Positions 26,840-40,600 of a DNA stretch of 64,000 nt are shown one piece after another. The notes under the pieces were generated by a model, which worked only from the letters and a program-made list of their open reading frames with translations, was not told the origin of the DNA and ran no database searches. Position 1 is the stretch's first letter. Each line of letters starts with the position of its first letter. Origin of the DNA: Gnetum montanum (taxonomy: Eukaryota; Plantae; Gnetophyta); the NCBI GenBank assembly GCA_015680685.1, contig MNCI01003248.1, positions 62,001-126,000 of the forward strand, given 5' to 3'. A program made the translations under genes and the position numbers.

Positions 26840-29337
26840 GAGGCTTCCATGTTAGGCTCAATGTGGAAATAGGGACCGTTAGTATGGAGACTAAGGAAAA
26901 TATGTTTTAGGATGTTTAGAAATCCAAAATTGAGGTTCTGAGACCTTCCCAATGTATTGTAAGGTAAAATCCTTCAAAATTGGACTCGATGGAGGTCTAT
27001 AAAGGCCAAAAAGCAAGTTCTAAGGTCTTCCCCCTTTATTTTAACACTAGCTAGTGTGGGGAACCAACATCCAAATAAAAATGAGGTCAATCATGGTCAA
27101 ATAGGTGGCTGGCATTTAAATTTGGAACTTACGCACCTCTCGGCTTCGTTTTGAGGCAATTTGAGGCCATTTTGAGGGTCAATAGGTGTTAAAATAACTT
27201 CCTCCCTTTAACATTGGGTACAGTATCCCCAACGTGGAAAAATAGGAGGACACTTATTTGATGGATTCAGAGTGATTTTATGGCACTTTCACAAAGTTTC
27301 TAGGCCCCTAAGGTCGCAAACTTCAATTCTGCAAGTTTCTGGCTAATTTTGGGCATGTTTTAAGGTTTTTAAAGGGTATTGAAGGTCTTCCTCTTTGTTT
27401 CCACACTAGGGGAGTTACTATAGCATGGAAGAATGGGGAGGAATGGATTTTAGAGATTGAAATGAGGTCAAACAAGTGAGATCTTGAGGTTGTGAGGTCC
27501 TAGGCTTCTCTGGCAAAGATCTTTTGTTTTCGAGAGTGTTACCTTGATTCCAAAAGTGGAAAAGTAACTTCCCCCCTTTTCTCCACATTGGGGAGGTTAC
27601 TTGAGCATGGAAGAAGTAAGAATCATAGATCTAGATCAATTTGGACAACAATTGATCATGCATATTACCTCTCGGGGTTACTAGGATCAAGGGCTATGGA
27701 TATATGTCATAATTTGATAGTTTTGGACATCCTTAAGTGTTTGGATTTTTCCCTTTCTTCCACGTTGAGTCTTTTATGGTTAGCATGGAAAATAAGGGAG
27801 AGTGGATTTTTGACCCATTTTTTCCTCAATCGACTTTGCATGTTAGCCCCTAGGGCTACTAGGGTCAAGGGCTGAAGTTTGGTCTTTAGTTTTGACAATT
27901 TTGGGCATTCCCAGGTGGTTTTTTTGGCTTTCTGCCTCTTCCATGTTGAGGCTTCCATGCTCAACATGGAAAATAAAGGGGAGAGGATTTTTAATCCATT
28001 TTTCCCTTAATCGACTTTGCCTGTCAGCCCTTAGGGCTACCAGGGTCAAGGACAAAGGTTTGGTCTCAAGTTTTGGCAATTTTGGGCATTCCCAAGTGGT
28101 TTATTTTTCTTTTTCCCTTTCTTCCACATTGAGGCTTCCATGGTCAGCATGGAAAACAAGGGGGAGTGGATTTTTGACCCATTTTTCCATCAATCAACTT
28201 TGCATGTTAGCCCCTAGGGCTACTAAGGATAAGGACTTGGGTTTGGTCTCAAGTTTTGGCATTCCCAAGTTGTTTTTTGGATTTCCAACTTTCTTCCACA
28301 TTGAGGCTTCCGTGCTTAGCATGGAAAATAAGGGGAACTGGAGTTTTGACCCATTTCGCCCTCAATTGACTTTGCACTACTGGGGTTGAGGATAAAGGTT
28401 TGGTCTCATGTTTTGATAATTTTGGGCATTCCCATTTGGTTTTTTGGCTTTCCTCTTTCTTCCACACTAAGGCTTCCATGCTCAACATGGAAAAAAAGGG
28501 GGAGTGGATTTTTGACCCATTTTGCCCTCAATCGACTTTGCATGTAAGCCCCAGGGGCTATCGTGGTTGAGGACTCAGGTTTGGTCTCCAGTTTTGATAA
28601 TTTTGGAGATTCCCAAGTAGTTTTTTGGCTGCCCCACTTTTTTCCATGTTGAGGCTTCCATGCTTAACATGGAAAATAAGGGGTAGTGGATGTTTGATCC
28701 ATTTTGCCCTGAATTGACTTTGCATGTTATCCCTTGGGGCTATTGAGGTTGAGGACTTGGGTATGGAGTCAAAATTGGTCATTTTAGAGGTTTTTAAGAA
28801 TTTCTTGGATTTCACCCCCTTTTTCCATGCTAGGGCTTCCACACTTAGCGTGAAAAATTAGGGGAAAAGCTTTTTGACACTTTATGACTACTTTTGGTTA
28901 TGCATGCAGGCTTCTAAGGTTGCTAGTAATGACTGTTGCTATTGATGTTAAAATTTCATTGTTTCATGGTTGACAAGACATTTTTTGGACTTTCCTCCCT
29001 TTTTACACATTGGGGCTTCCAAGCTTAGCATGGAAAATTGGGAGGAAAGCTTTTTGATCACTTTTGGCCACTATCGAGCATGCATGCAGGCTTCTTAGAT
29101 TGCCAGTGATGATGGCTACTACTTGATGTCACAGTTTCATTGTTTCAAGGTTGAAAAGGAATTTTTTGGACTTCCACCCATTTGCCCATGTTGTGGCTTC
29201 CAAGCCCAGCATGGAAAATTAGGAGGGAAAGCTTTTTGGTCACTTTTGACCACTTTTTGAATATGCATGCAAGCCCCTAGGTTGCCAGTGTTGCCTACTA
29301 TCATTTGACTCCAAAATTTGACTATCTTGAGGATCAT
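26840..29337. repeat. ~180-bp tandem array in the B spacer, each unit with a TTCCAYGYTRRG-N9-CYYARCRTGGAA inverted repeat (left part)
   Basis: Well-conserved units ~27700-29337, e.g. perfect stem TTCCATGTTGAG/CTCAACATGGAA at 27939-27971; array resumes after C at 49467. Confidence 0.85.
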
Positions 29338-30998
29338 TGTAGTAGCTGAAAATATCGAAGGCTATAATGAGACACGAAGAGGTCCATGGTCGTGCAATCT
29401 TAACCCTACTCTTATGTGAGAGCTTATTGGAAAGCGAAAGTGGGATTCCTAGGATGGTCTTATCGATCGAACTAGGACTTATGGGTGTTACAATGAAATG
29501 AGTGTTAAATGGAATGTAGTGTTTTGCAATGTTTGCGGTGTCCATGGGTGTGAGCATAGCAGAGATTTCAAACGCAAGAACAAGGATGTAAATGTGCAAA
29601 TACATGCGTGAATAGTGCAAAGTGAGTAAAATGCTAAAAAATTAAGTAAAAATGCAAAAAATGCATGGAATGTGAGTAAGAGAGAAAGACATTGTTCCAA
29701 ACTAGGTAGCATAGTTAATTGCAAAGGAAAGTTTAGGAGGTACACAATGCACAACAGATGTAGTAGGCGAGCATAGTCACAGTCTTAGGGTATTTAGCTA
29801 TGAAGAACTAACATCCACCATGAAGTCTGAGCCTACAAGGTTGGCTACTGCGGTGTCCTTCAAGTTGTGGTGGTGTATAGTGTGTTAGGCAATGTACAAT
29901 GGTGTTGCAACAGTATGCAATGGTGTTCAATGGTGTCCCAAATTGTGTCAAGTTGCTAAGGATGCTTAGGTGTAAGAGTGTCTATGGTCAAAATGCCAAC
30001 TACTGAATGAAAATGTCAACCCCTAAAATGTGAAGTGCAGAGGTATTTATAGCATTAGGGTTAGCATGAATCGTGGATCAAGCACCACGTGGTAGAGGGG
30101 TAGTTAGGACTACACTTATCCTAACTATGCTCCATTGAGGCAACATGGTGTTCTGTTGATGTGCTTCAATGGACCTTGTGAGACTGCCAGACTATAACCA
30201 TGTTGCCAAGACTACATGTGTGAATGTTAAACAAACTAAAAGTGCCTAGAAATAGTGCAAATTTTGAGACTATGCTTTGGGGTTGTGCTACCCACTTTCA
30301 GGAGTGGGTTGGGTGTAGGTAAAACTTTGGGGTGAATGGGGGGTGCAAAAGAAGTGCAAATTGCTAATCTTGCTTGCCAAAGAAATGTTGGAGTTGAGAT
30401 GTAGGCCAGTGCTGAGTTCTGGAAGCTTCTAAAGGTAATTATGGTAGACTACGCTAACTACGCTCTAGAGCGTACCCTAAGAGGTTAGGAAAATCTTGCC
30501 TAGAAAATGATGCTCTATGCAGGCTATGTTAGCTATGCTCTAGAGCATAGTATCAGAGGTGTGAGTGTAGCCCTGACACTTGGAAAAAAAACTAGCAAAG
30601 ATGATGTGCCAATGCAGACTACGCTAACTATGCTATAGAGCATAGTAGGGAGCATAGTGCTAGAAGTTAGAAAATCTACCAAACTATTTTTTCTATTCCA
30701 TACATGCTCAACAACCTCTAACTTTACACTTAGGTAAATTTGCAAAACTAGTCATTCCAAGGCTAACTATGCTGACTACGCTCTAGAGCGTAGTCTTGGC
30801 AGGGTGAGCGTAGTTAGGACACAGGAAAAGTTGCAGTTGTTGATACTTAGAAGAATTTTGCAAATATGGACTAATAGTGTCAACTACATTGACTAAACTT
30901 TAGAGCATAGTCCTAAAACTTAGACAAAATTTGCCAAGTTTTAACACTTAGCCAAATTTGCAGTTGAGACTTGAGAGTCCAAATTTGGTGGTATTTTA
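29338..30998 (-). repeat. 3' LTR of element C
   Basis: TGTAGTAGCTGAAAA...GTGGTATTTTA; minus-strand TATAAATA at 30044-30051. Confidence 0.9.
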
Positions 30999-32527
30999 TT
31001 GGTCCCTCTTTGTTAACATCTGGAGGAGTGGGTTGAGAGACATTGACAAAGAACACAAAACAACACAACAGACCCAACACTAACATTGCTCATCAGTACC
31101 TAACCGAATGTCGCTTCATCATGCTTAAGAGTGCTAGGGGTAATGATATGCCAGGGATAAGGAATCTAAGGAGTGTGCTAAGGGATAATAAGGGAATGAG
31201 ATGCAAATAATAGTTGCCACTGCAAGATGCAGGGTTAACATAACTAATAGGAATCATGGCACTCAGGCATCTTATCATCAAAATAGTAACCTCTCATCAA
31301 AGTGCTTGTGAGAGAGTTTGTGTCCATGGCACCAGAATGGTTTGCCCCTAAAATTGTGACCTCTCATTAGAGTAGTTGTAAGATGGTTGATGTAGATTTA
31401 GGGTTGGACTGGTTGCAAAATTGTAGCTCTGTTAATTTTGCTTGGGGACTTATTTTGCCCCCCCTTTTTTGACTAGGTGGTGAACCTACCTTGGGTTCTA
31501 CACATTGTAAGATGCTAGCTGTAGGATGCTTTTTGTCAAGTTGGCTACATGCCACCTAACAAGCCTTACTTTAATGCAATCATGTTGCATTTGTAGGATA
31601 GGTGTTTCCTTCCCGAGATGAGTTGCATTACATTTTCTTGGGCTTTGACCATACCACAGAGGCTTCCCATAGGACGAGTTACATTACATTCACTATGGGT
31701 TTTATGGTTGACATAAAGAGGGTGCCATGTGTATTGGAGCGGTTGTAAGCTCAGTGATGTAGAGTAAAGTAAGGAAATGCAAGGTGAAAGGGGTAAATGT
31801 AAACATACTAAAGTGGGGTAATAGGGATGTGCACTCTTGAGCACTTCAGCTAGCCTAATCATGCATATTAGAGTGATATGGCATCTTGTTGTTGCGATGA
31901 GATGTGTCTTTGCATGATTGCCTTTGGGGATTCATCCTACAAACACAACACAAAATAAGTAAAATAACCATACAACATGAGATGAGAGGAAATTGCTGAC
32001 TGCAAGGATGCTACAAGTGCTGCGAGTGCTAGACTAGTTGTAAGAGCTTATAGTGCCAGCATAAGAAAACTAGTGCAGGTGTTAAAGCGAGAAAACTGCA
32101 AAAGCTCCAGTAGCCACACTAGAGGCAAGTACTTGAGCAATGACAAGAGCTCGATAGAGTAGGCAAGATGACTAGGGCCCTAATGTTGCCACTTCTCCAA
32201 AGGGTTGTGTTGGCCATGAGAGCTCCGAGTAATAATGAATTACCTAGGGCCAGTAATGCTGTTGGTGTAGCCTGGGGTTGATATTTCTAGCGATTGTGGT
32301 AGGAGGTTCGGAAGGGTAGCAAAATGCCCAAAGGTATTTTTGAAGGATCAGCAAAATGCTAAGGGAAATAATGTCGCAAATGTTCTAGAGGCCTCTCTTG
32401 ACAATGTGAACTCTATTTTGGAACTGCAGTGCCTACCCTGCCTTGCCCACGAGGTGTGGGTAGATGATGGAAGATTAGAAGTATCTGCGCTAGCTTATCT
32501 GCAAAACTATGTGTGTTAAGCTGCGAA

Positions 32528-33275
32528 CCTAGTTTAAGGTCTTGGTAGATCGCATGCTATGCTAGGTTAGGATCCTAGTAGATCATGGGCCTAGTCTAAG
32601 GTCTTGGTAGATCATGATGTGCTAGTTTATAATCCTAGCAGACTGTTGTATGTTAGTTTAACATTGTAATGGACAGTAGATGTTGTGCTAGTTTAACGTC
32701 ATGATGCAAGTATGAGCTGTGCCAGTTTAAGCATCATGGTAGACAAATGCTATGGGTTATAGTTTTAGCATCATGGCCCAAGGATGATTTGTGCCAGTTT
32801 ATAGTCATAAAGGACTACTACTATGCTAGTTTAGCATCATATCAGATGTGCTGTGCCAGTTTATAGTCGTAGTAGACTATGCTATGGATGCTAGTTTTAG
32901 TGTCATGGCCCAAGGATGATCTGTGCCAGTTTATAGTCGTAGTAGAATATGCTATGGATGCTAGTTTTAGTGTCATGGCCCAAGGATGATCTGTGCCAGT
33001 TTATAGTCATAGTGTACTCTTGTTGTGCCATCATAGTAGACATGCTGTGCTAGTTTGTAGTCATAGCAGACTATGCTATGGGTGCTAGTTTTAGCATCAT
33101 GGCCTAAGGATGATGTATGCTAGTTTATAGTCATAACGGACTCTTGCTATGCCAGTTTAGCATCATAGTGGATATGCTGTGCTAGTTTATAGTCATAGTG
33201 GACTATGTTGTGGGTGCTAGTTTTAGCGTTATGGCCTAAGGATGATTTGTGCTAGTTTATAGTCATAGTAGACTC
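32528..33275. repeat. C 3'UTR tandem array of the ~25-35 bp GCYAGTTT... unit with higher-order repeats
   Basis: More than 20 copies of TGCYAGTTT(T)A...TC(A/G)T(A/G)G; near-exact ~70-bp duplication at ~32851-32990. Confidence 0.85.
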
Positions 33276-33313
33276 TTGTTTACCTTGTTTCATCATTGAT
33301 GAAGCGTTGCATA

Positions 33314-36300
33314 CTAGGCATAGTACGAATTTAGGTATGAGTGGTTTATTGGATTGGAAAATTCATTACCATCATGGTCAACAAGCTTAAATGCTTCGTT
33401 GCCAAGCCTTGACGACTAAGAAAAATCCTTCCTAGTTGGCTGAGAATTTATTTGCGGGTTTGTGAATGGCCTTGAGGAACAAGTCCTTCTCCTTGATTTG
33501 GCATTGATGCTAACTGTGATGGTGCTTTTGCTGGTATTACTTGATTTGACCAAGCATCTACATGCACTCCTACTCTATCGAGTCGAGGTCGATGGTTCTC
33601 AACCCATCATTTTGAGCCTCGTCTATGAAGCTTGAGAGGATTACACAGAGTAATGAAACTTGCAATTGAATAAGTAAGATGGATTCAAACCTTAAACTAG
33701 ATTGTATGGCATCTTACCTGATGTAGTTCTTTGTGTCATGCGGTAGGCCTAGAGTTTGTAGATTAGCTACTCATGCCATTGTCATTTGTTGCTGTGAAGC
33801 ATTTTCTTTAAAATATTGATGATGATTTTGTTTGTGGCCTCTACTTGGCCATTCATCTATGGGTAGTAAGGTGACAAAAAGGAATGTTTGATTTCAAGGT
33901 GCTCGCAAAAGGCATTGGTTTTAGCATTGCTAAATTGTGGCTCATTGTTTATGAATATGGTCATAGGTAAATCAAAATGGGACATTATGTTATCGAGTAT
34001 GAATTTGTAGATTTTTTGTGATGTGGTCCTCCTAAGGGGAATAGCCTTGAACCACTTCATAAAGTACTTAGTGGTAGTTATGATGAAACTATGCCTTGCA
34101 CAGAACATAGGAATTATTGGTCCTATGATGTCCAACCCCCAATGTTGGAATGACCACATGATTTATGTTGTATGTAGTTCAGTGGGAGGAGGGTGCATTA
34201 AGTTACCATGTTGTTGATAGGTGTCGCATGTCTTGATCTTGGAGATGCAATCACGCTCCATGTAAGGACAATAGTAGCCTAAGCGTTTGATCTTTGCTGC
34301 CATTACCCTGGGTGCTATGTTTCCTTTGTAGAGTCCCTTGTGGACTTGTTCCATGATCGCTTATGCTTCGCTGTGACTAATGTAGGTTAATAGTATGCCA
34401 TCATATTAGTGGTGACATAGTGTGCTATTACCCACGATGATGTACTACCTCGATCACTTTTGCACTACATCCTTTTGGACAATGGTTAGATGTTGCAGAG
34501 GTTCACCCTGTAGAAGGTATGACTTATTATTGTTGTACCACTCTACTGCATGGGTCATGCTTACTGTAGCTATGGATGCAATGTCGGTTGCTTGTGTGAT
34601 AGGCACAATGCAATTTGCCATCGGTGGACAATGCATGAAACATTTTAGGTGTAATGCTTAAGGCTAATGTAGCTAATGCATTGGTACTAGAGTTTTCATT
34701 ACAAAGGATATGATAGACATTAATGGTTGCAAATTTCTTGAGTAGGTGCTTTGCCAAGTCATAATGAGGCTTCAAGTGTTGGGCTTTGTAAGCATAAACC
34801 TGTGTGACTTGGTTGATGACTAGTTGTGAGTCTCCTTGGATCGCTAGGTTTTGTATTTTTAGGTCACAAGTTGCTAAGATACCTCTTAGGAGACCCTCAT
34901 ACTTTGCCATGTTGTTAGTGCATGGAAATGCAAAATGATATACGAAGGATCAGATCTCCCTAGAGGGGAGCATGATTACGGTAGTGGCACTATCCCCTTG
35001 AGAGGTTGAAGTGCCATCAAAGTGTAAAAGTGCCTTGAAGTTGTTAGGCATTAGGCTTATGCCACTGACATGCTCATCCAGAAATTTTAGATCTATCATT
35101 ACTTGGTCATTAATTGGGGAAGTTGTAAGTTATGTCGTTATTGTCTAACCTTTGGTTGATGCTTGCACAATGTAATGTAGATTAAACTCTACAGTTATTA
35201 CTTTCCAACATGTAATGTGATTGCTCTTGTAGATATTCATTATAATAGCTTGGAGTACATTGCTCTTGCAGATGATATTTACTTGGCCATAGAAAAGGTA
35301 ATGCCTCCACTTGTTAAGTGTAAAGACTAAGTTGAGGCAAGTCTTTTCCACATCAGTGTACTTTGCTTTGTAGGCTACTAATGCATGGCTGAGGTAGTAC
35401 ACGAGGACCTTGGTACCATCGTCTCACTCTTGGTAAAGCAAAGAAGTGATGGACGCGTTAGAGGTAGCAAGGTAGATGTAGAATGGTTTATCTCATTGTG
35501 GAGGGTAGAACATTGGAAGTTGAGCTAGTCCTTATTTAAGGTTGTTGAATGTCGTTTGGCACTAAGCTGTCCCCTCAAAGTGAACTCCCTTTTTGAGCAA
35601 GTGTCTCATTGGCTGCAACTTGTTAATCAACCGTGCGATAAACTATCATATGAATTATAATTTTCCTTATAACCCTTGGAGCTCCTTAAGGTTGGTCGGT
35701 GGTGCTAAGTTGATAATGGCCTTAACCTTATCAGGGTCTATGTGTATGCCTACTTTGGATACTACGAAACCTAGCATGTAGCCTATTTTAACGTTGAAGA
35801 TACATTTCTTAGGATTTAGCCTAAGTTCATACTTTAGGTAGCATTTGAGAACAAGGTCTAAGTCATTGCATGATTGTGTAATGCATTGGATTTAACCGCT
35901 ATATCATCAATGTAATCATTGAGTAGACCTAACAAGTAATCACTAAAGATGTACATCATAGCTTGTTGATAAGTTGTTCCTACATTCTTGATTCCAAAAG
36001 GCATCATGGTGTAGCAAAACGTGCCCCAAGGGATCATGAAGGTAGTACTGAGCTAGTGCTCGAGGTTGATCTGAATCTGGTTGTGCCTCGAAAACCCATC
36101 CATGAAGGACAACAAGGCATGACCAACTGTAGTATTGACCAGTTGATCAATACTAGGCAATGGGAAATCATCTTTGATGGTCTTCTTGTTGAGGTCTCAG
36201 AAGTCTATGAAAATGCATATACTTCTATTTTTCTTAGGGACAACAATGATGTTGGAGATCCTGTTTGCGTAGTCAATGGCCTAGATGAAACTAGCTTTTG

Positions 36301-36829
36301 TAGACCTTGGTGATTTCATTGCAAACTGCTAATGCCACCTTAGGCCTAATCTTGTGGGATTTCTGCTTGATTGGTTTCATGCTGGGATCAAGGATTATGT
36401 TGTGTTGCACTATGCGAAGATCTAGGCCTAGTCTTTGTAAGACCATGTGAATGCCTTGATGTTTTCATTAAGTGTTTTTGTGATGTTTTGGACATGTTAA
36501 GGCCCTAACAAAGAACTAAGTTTCAATGTTTTTACCTTGCCACTAGATGTTTCTATGGGAACCTCAATGAGGGGATCCTTGGTGACATCACCTACCTCTA
36601 GATCTAGAGTCTTAACTAGATGGTTTGGCCAATTTAGCGATGCCTCTATGGATGTTATGTATTCATTGTAGGCTACAGGCTTAAGGTATAGGCATTGAGA
36701 ATCGATGCATTGTGTAAGATTGCCTTGTGGCCTAATGAGGACTAGAGGTGAATGAAGATGCTTGTACATAGTCATGTTGTGAATCTTGCAATAATCCTAC
36801 AAAAATAACCAAAAAATTTCGAGCCACAC
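33314..36829 (-). pseudogene. Element C pol: RT, RNase H, aRH, integrase (degenerate)
   Basis: NDYIDDIA; MYYLSHALVAYKAKYTDVEKTCL; HFDG...NNMAKYEGLLRG...GDSQLVINQV (aRH); WGLDIIGPI integrase. Confidence 0.92.
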
Positions 36830-37622
36830 CTATCTTAATGAGGGCAATATGCATAGTTAAAGAAAAAAATGCAATGAAAATTTTGCCTACATCTATAAAT
36901 GTGATTGCAAAAGCAAAGGATGTGTGGGCTAGTTTTAGGCCTCGATAAGCCATGGGATTGCCAGTTTAAGGTCTTAGTGGACTGTTGGATGTGAGTTTAA
37001 TGTCATAGCTAATGGTTAGATGAAATGCCAATTTAACATCATAGTGGATGAATGAAATTCTAGTTTAACGTCATGGAAGATGGGTAAATTGCCAATTTAA
37101 CATTGTGGTGAATGATTAGGTCACTAGTTTAATATCATAGCAGTTGATTAGTTTAACACTGTGGTAGATAGATGAAATGCCAGTTTAATGTCATGGAAAA
37201 TGGATGAATCGCCAGTTTAACGTCTTGGCGAATGGTTAGATCACCAGTTTAACGTTGTAGCGGATGGTTAGATGCTAATTTAATGTTGTGGCATATGGTA
37301 ATATGTACTAAATGCATTATTGAGGCACGACTAGGGATGTTGGAAAAGCAAAATTGGCTTGGGCGCCAACTGGGTAACATGAAAAATTTAAAACTTTGCT
37401 AAGTCCAAAGACTACTAGAAAAATTAATTTTTTTTAAACTCTGGTGACTATGCTCACATTTGGCTACACTTGGTAATGTTGAGCGTAGTAATGGGTAGGT
37501 AAAACTTTAAGTGATCCCCAGGGATATATAAGTGCATTTTACCCTTAGAAAATTTTTCATTGTCAAAAGGTAAAAATGAACTTTGCAGAGCATAACACAA
37601 TTGCCAAAGCATAGTTGCCAAC

Positions 37623-40600
37623 ATGTCACACCGACATGGATATCAGCACCTTGGCCTAGCCAACATGGAGGAGGGAGAGCGAGTCTTGGAGTGCCTACCA
37701 TGGGCATGCGTGGAGGAGAGGAGAGCATCATTGATTGCTAGGTATGCTTGACTATGCTCACCTTCCTTTTTGTGTTTTCTACATTTGGGTGTTGGAGCTT
37801 GGGTTTTTGTAGGCAATGCCCTTCCTTGGTAGGGGTCACTGTTGCTATGGCCATTGTGGCTATCACAGTAGGGGAAAAGAGCATGTGCATGAAAATTAAG
37901 GGTTGTTGTAGTGGAGATCTTGTTACTGTGCATGAGGTTTTGAGGGTAATGTGTGACTATTTTTCCTACAATTTTTTTGTTAGGTTTTTTGCACAGAAGG
38001 CAAGGAATCTGGGTTTTGGGTAATGGCTGCCAAGAGTTACCGCTCGGGGGGTTGAGGTTGTGGTAGAGGGTTTTTTCCATTTTCATTTTTTCTCTTTTTT
38101 TTTTCATTTTAAGTGCAGTGGGCAAGGGTAAAGCAAGGATTGGTAGCGGTGGCTAGGGATGGTTAGATGGACACAGAGGGTTTTGACAAGGAGTTTTGCA
38201 GAAATTTTTGCTTTCTGTCATGACGCAAGTCAAGGGTTTAGGGTTTTGGCAGCAGCGTGAGGCTACCACATGCAGGACAGAGGTGTGGTAGAGGGTTTAC
38301 CCTCTGATTTTGATTCTTGAGTTATGAAAAATGCAAGTGTGATATGGTTCAGGGCCATGGGGATTATGGGGACATCATGCCCTACGATAGTAAGGGGACT
38401 ATGCAAGAGATGAAACACCTAAGGATGCATTTTTTGGATAATGTTTTTTTCTTTTTTTTGGCTAGATGAGCTAGGCAAGCAGTGTGGCATGTGGTAGCAC
38501 CGTTGGTGTGGCCATGGGGGCTACGATCATGGTTGGCACTTAGTGTGTGAGACATGACGAGAGTGGCCAGTTAATTTTTTTTCTTGAACTTTTGTTGAAG
38601 TTTTTTGGAGGCTATGCTCGTAGGGAGCGTAGCTAGTAGTTAGATTTTTTTTCTTGCAAAGTTGAGGGCTACACTCCTTGGAGAACATAGTTGGTAGTTA
38701 GAAAAGTTTTTGTGTTCCTGGACTACATTCCTAGAGGTAGCCTAGAGTTAGAATTTTTTTTGGGACTCTCTGGACTACGTTGCCCAGAGTTAGAAAAAAT
38801 TTTGCTTAATGTAAACAATGCTAAAAACTGTGATAATGTCAATCTTGCAAATCGAAACAATGCCAAACTGCTAAAGCATGCAAATTGAGACAATGCAAGG
38901 CATGCACACATCTGGAACAAAATTCTAATGCTATGCTAAGATGTTGTACCCCAATGAGTAACAAGTGGGTTAAATGTTTATGTTAACGATCCATACTGGC
39001 AAGCTCCAGGGGGGTCCTAGGATAAATATTTTTTAAGTTATGCTATGTCATGGTAATTTTTGCTAAATTTTGTTAAGTGTAAATTAATGTGTTTTTGCCA
39101 AAATGTATCTAATGTGTACTAATGCTATGTTTCTTTGTGTGATTGTAGGGGGTTGCTAAAGTCAATCTTGGTGGTTGTGGAGCTGGTTGGCATCCTTTGT
39201 TGCATGAGAAAGCCTGTGCCCAACACACTTGCCTTAGATATAAAGTTGGGTCATTAGGTGATATGGTTTTAGCTAGGGGCATTTGAGTTCTTGGCATTCC
39301 TACTACAACAGTTTAGTGTGATCATGTGGTCACACTTAGTGGTAGAGGCTGCGATTGCCATCATTGATACATTAATACCTGAGGCTAATTAAGACATATT
39401 GAGGTTTATGTCCAATAAGCCCATGAACATTGATGATAGAGCAGGTGGTCTAAGGTAAGGCCCTAGGGACTCTTGTCCCTTATCCAGGATCTAGAAGATG
39501 CTAGAGTTTTCTTGTTATTATAGGAGCAACACCCTTTTCGTTGCTCTACATGTGCATACTATGTTCTAGAACCCACTTGGAACTGTATACTATGTTGAAG
39601 GGTAAGTGCTCTTATGATTTGGTGTTGTATTGCTTGCTACTGGCCATGCTAAATTTGTTAACTGGTAAGTGCTCATGCCTAATGCTAGATTTAAAGTTAA
39701 TGATCAAGGGCTCCACGATGATCCACACTGCCTTAGAGGTATTCTGCTCTAATACAAACTTTTGGGAGGCAGTGCTCAAGCAGGTGGGAGAAGACTTAAA
39801 GAAATAATCCACTTGGTATTTGAAGGCATTCAAGCGATGTAAGATCCTCACTTGGGTTGATGAGGGGGGTAGGGAGAGGGGTGGGGGGGTGGGGAGCACT
39901 AGTGGCTTAACCTTTAGGAGTCAATTGCATTTCCACCACCACCGTGCACACCATTTGTTCTACGCAAGCATTTTTTGTTTAGCTTTTAAGCTTGCTCACA
40001 TGCACTAGTTGATTTGCCCTTGCAGAATGCTAACATTAAATTTGCCTATGTTACAGTTGTAGTGGCTTCAAGAGAGGTGACGATGGTCACTACTAGCCGT
40101 AGTGAGGCCACCCTCATAATGAAGTACGGTGATGTAGAGGGGACATAGCATTGGTTGTGTCATTGGGCCTTAGAGGCGTTAACCAGTCGGCTTACACATG
40201 CTAGTTTGATGGACCTTTTCTTGGCCCTTAGCCCAAGCATTCTGGTAGTTGAGATGGTTACCATTATAGATTCTTTCAACAATGATGCCCATCACTTTGT
40301 CATCTGCATGCACAGGGTGAGGGTAGTTCTGGACCTTAGCAATACCTTCTTTGCTGAGCTCTTTGGCCTCCCCTCTAAGGGCCTGTTGGTCATTGACAAG
40401 GCTAATAGGGAGGTGTACTACAAAGGAGAGATCCAGGAGTGGCTAGGAACCACCTAATCGCACAAAGGCATCATGGTTAAAGATGTGCATGTGCTTGATA
40501 TTTGGAAGATCTACCCTTTTTTTCGTGTCCATGTATTTTCAAAGCTGCTCTCCTAAGAAAAAATCCTTGGAGTGGAGCAAGCATGGGCGATGAGGGAGGT

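Noticed and set aside
27588-28842. Several ORFs with repeated peptides
   Set aside because: Translations of the ~180-bp non-coding tandem array.
32528-33275. CRISPR-like appearance of short repeats with variable linkers
   Set aside because: Eukaryotic retrotransposon UTR; repeats are degenerate, linkers are themselves repeated and short, and there are no cas genes.
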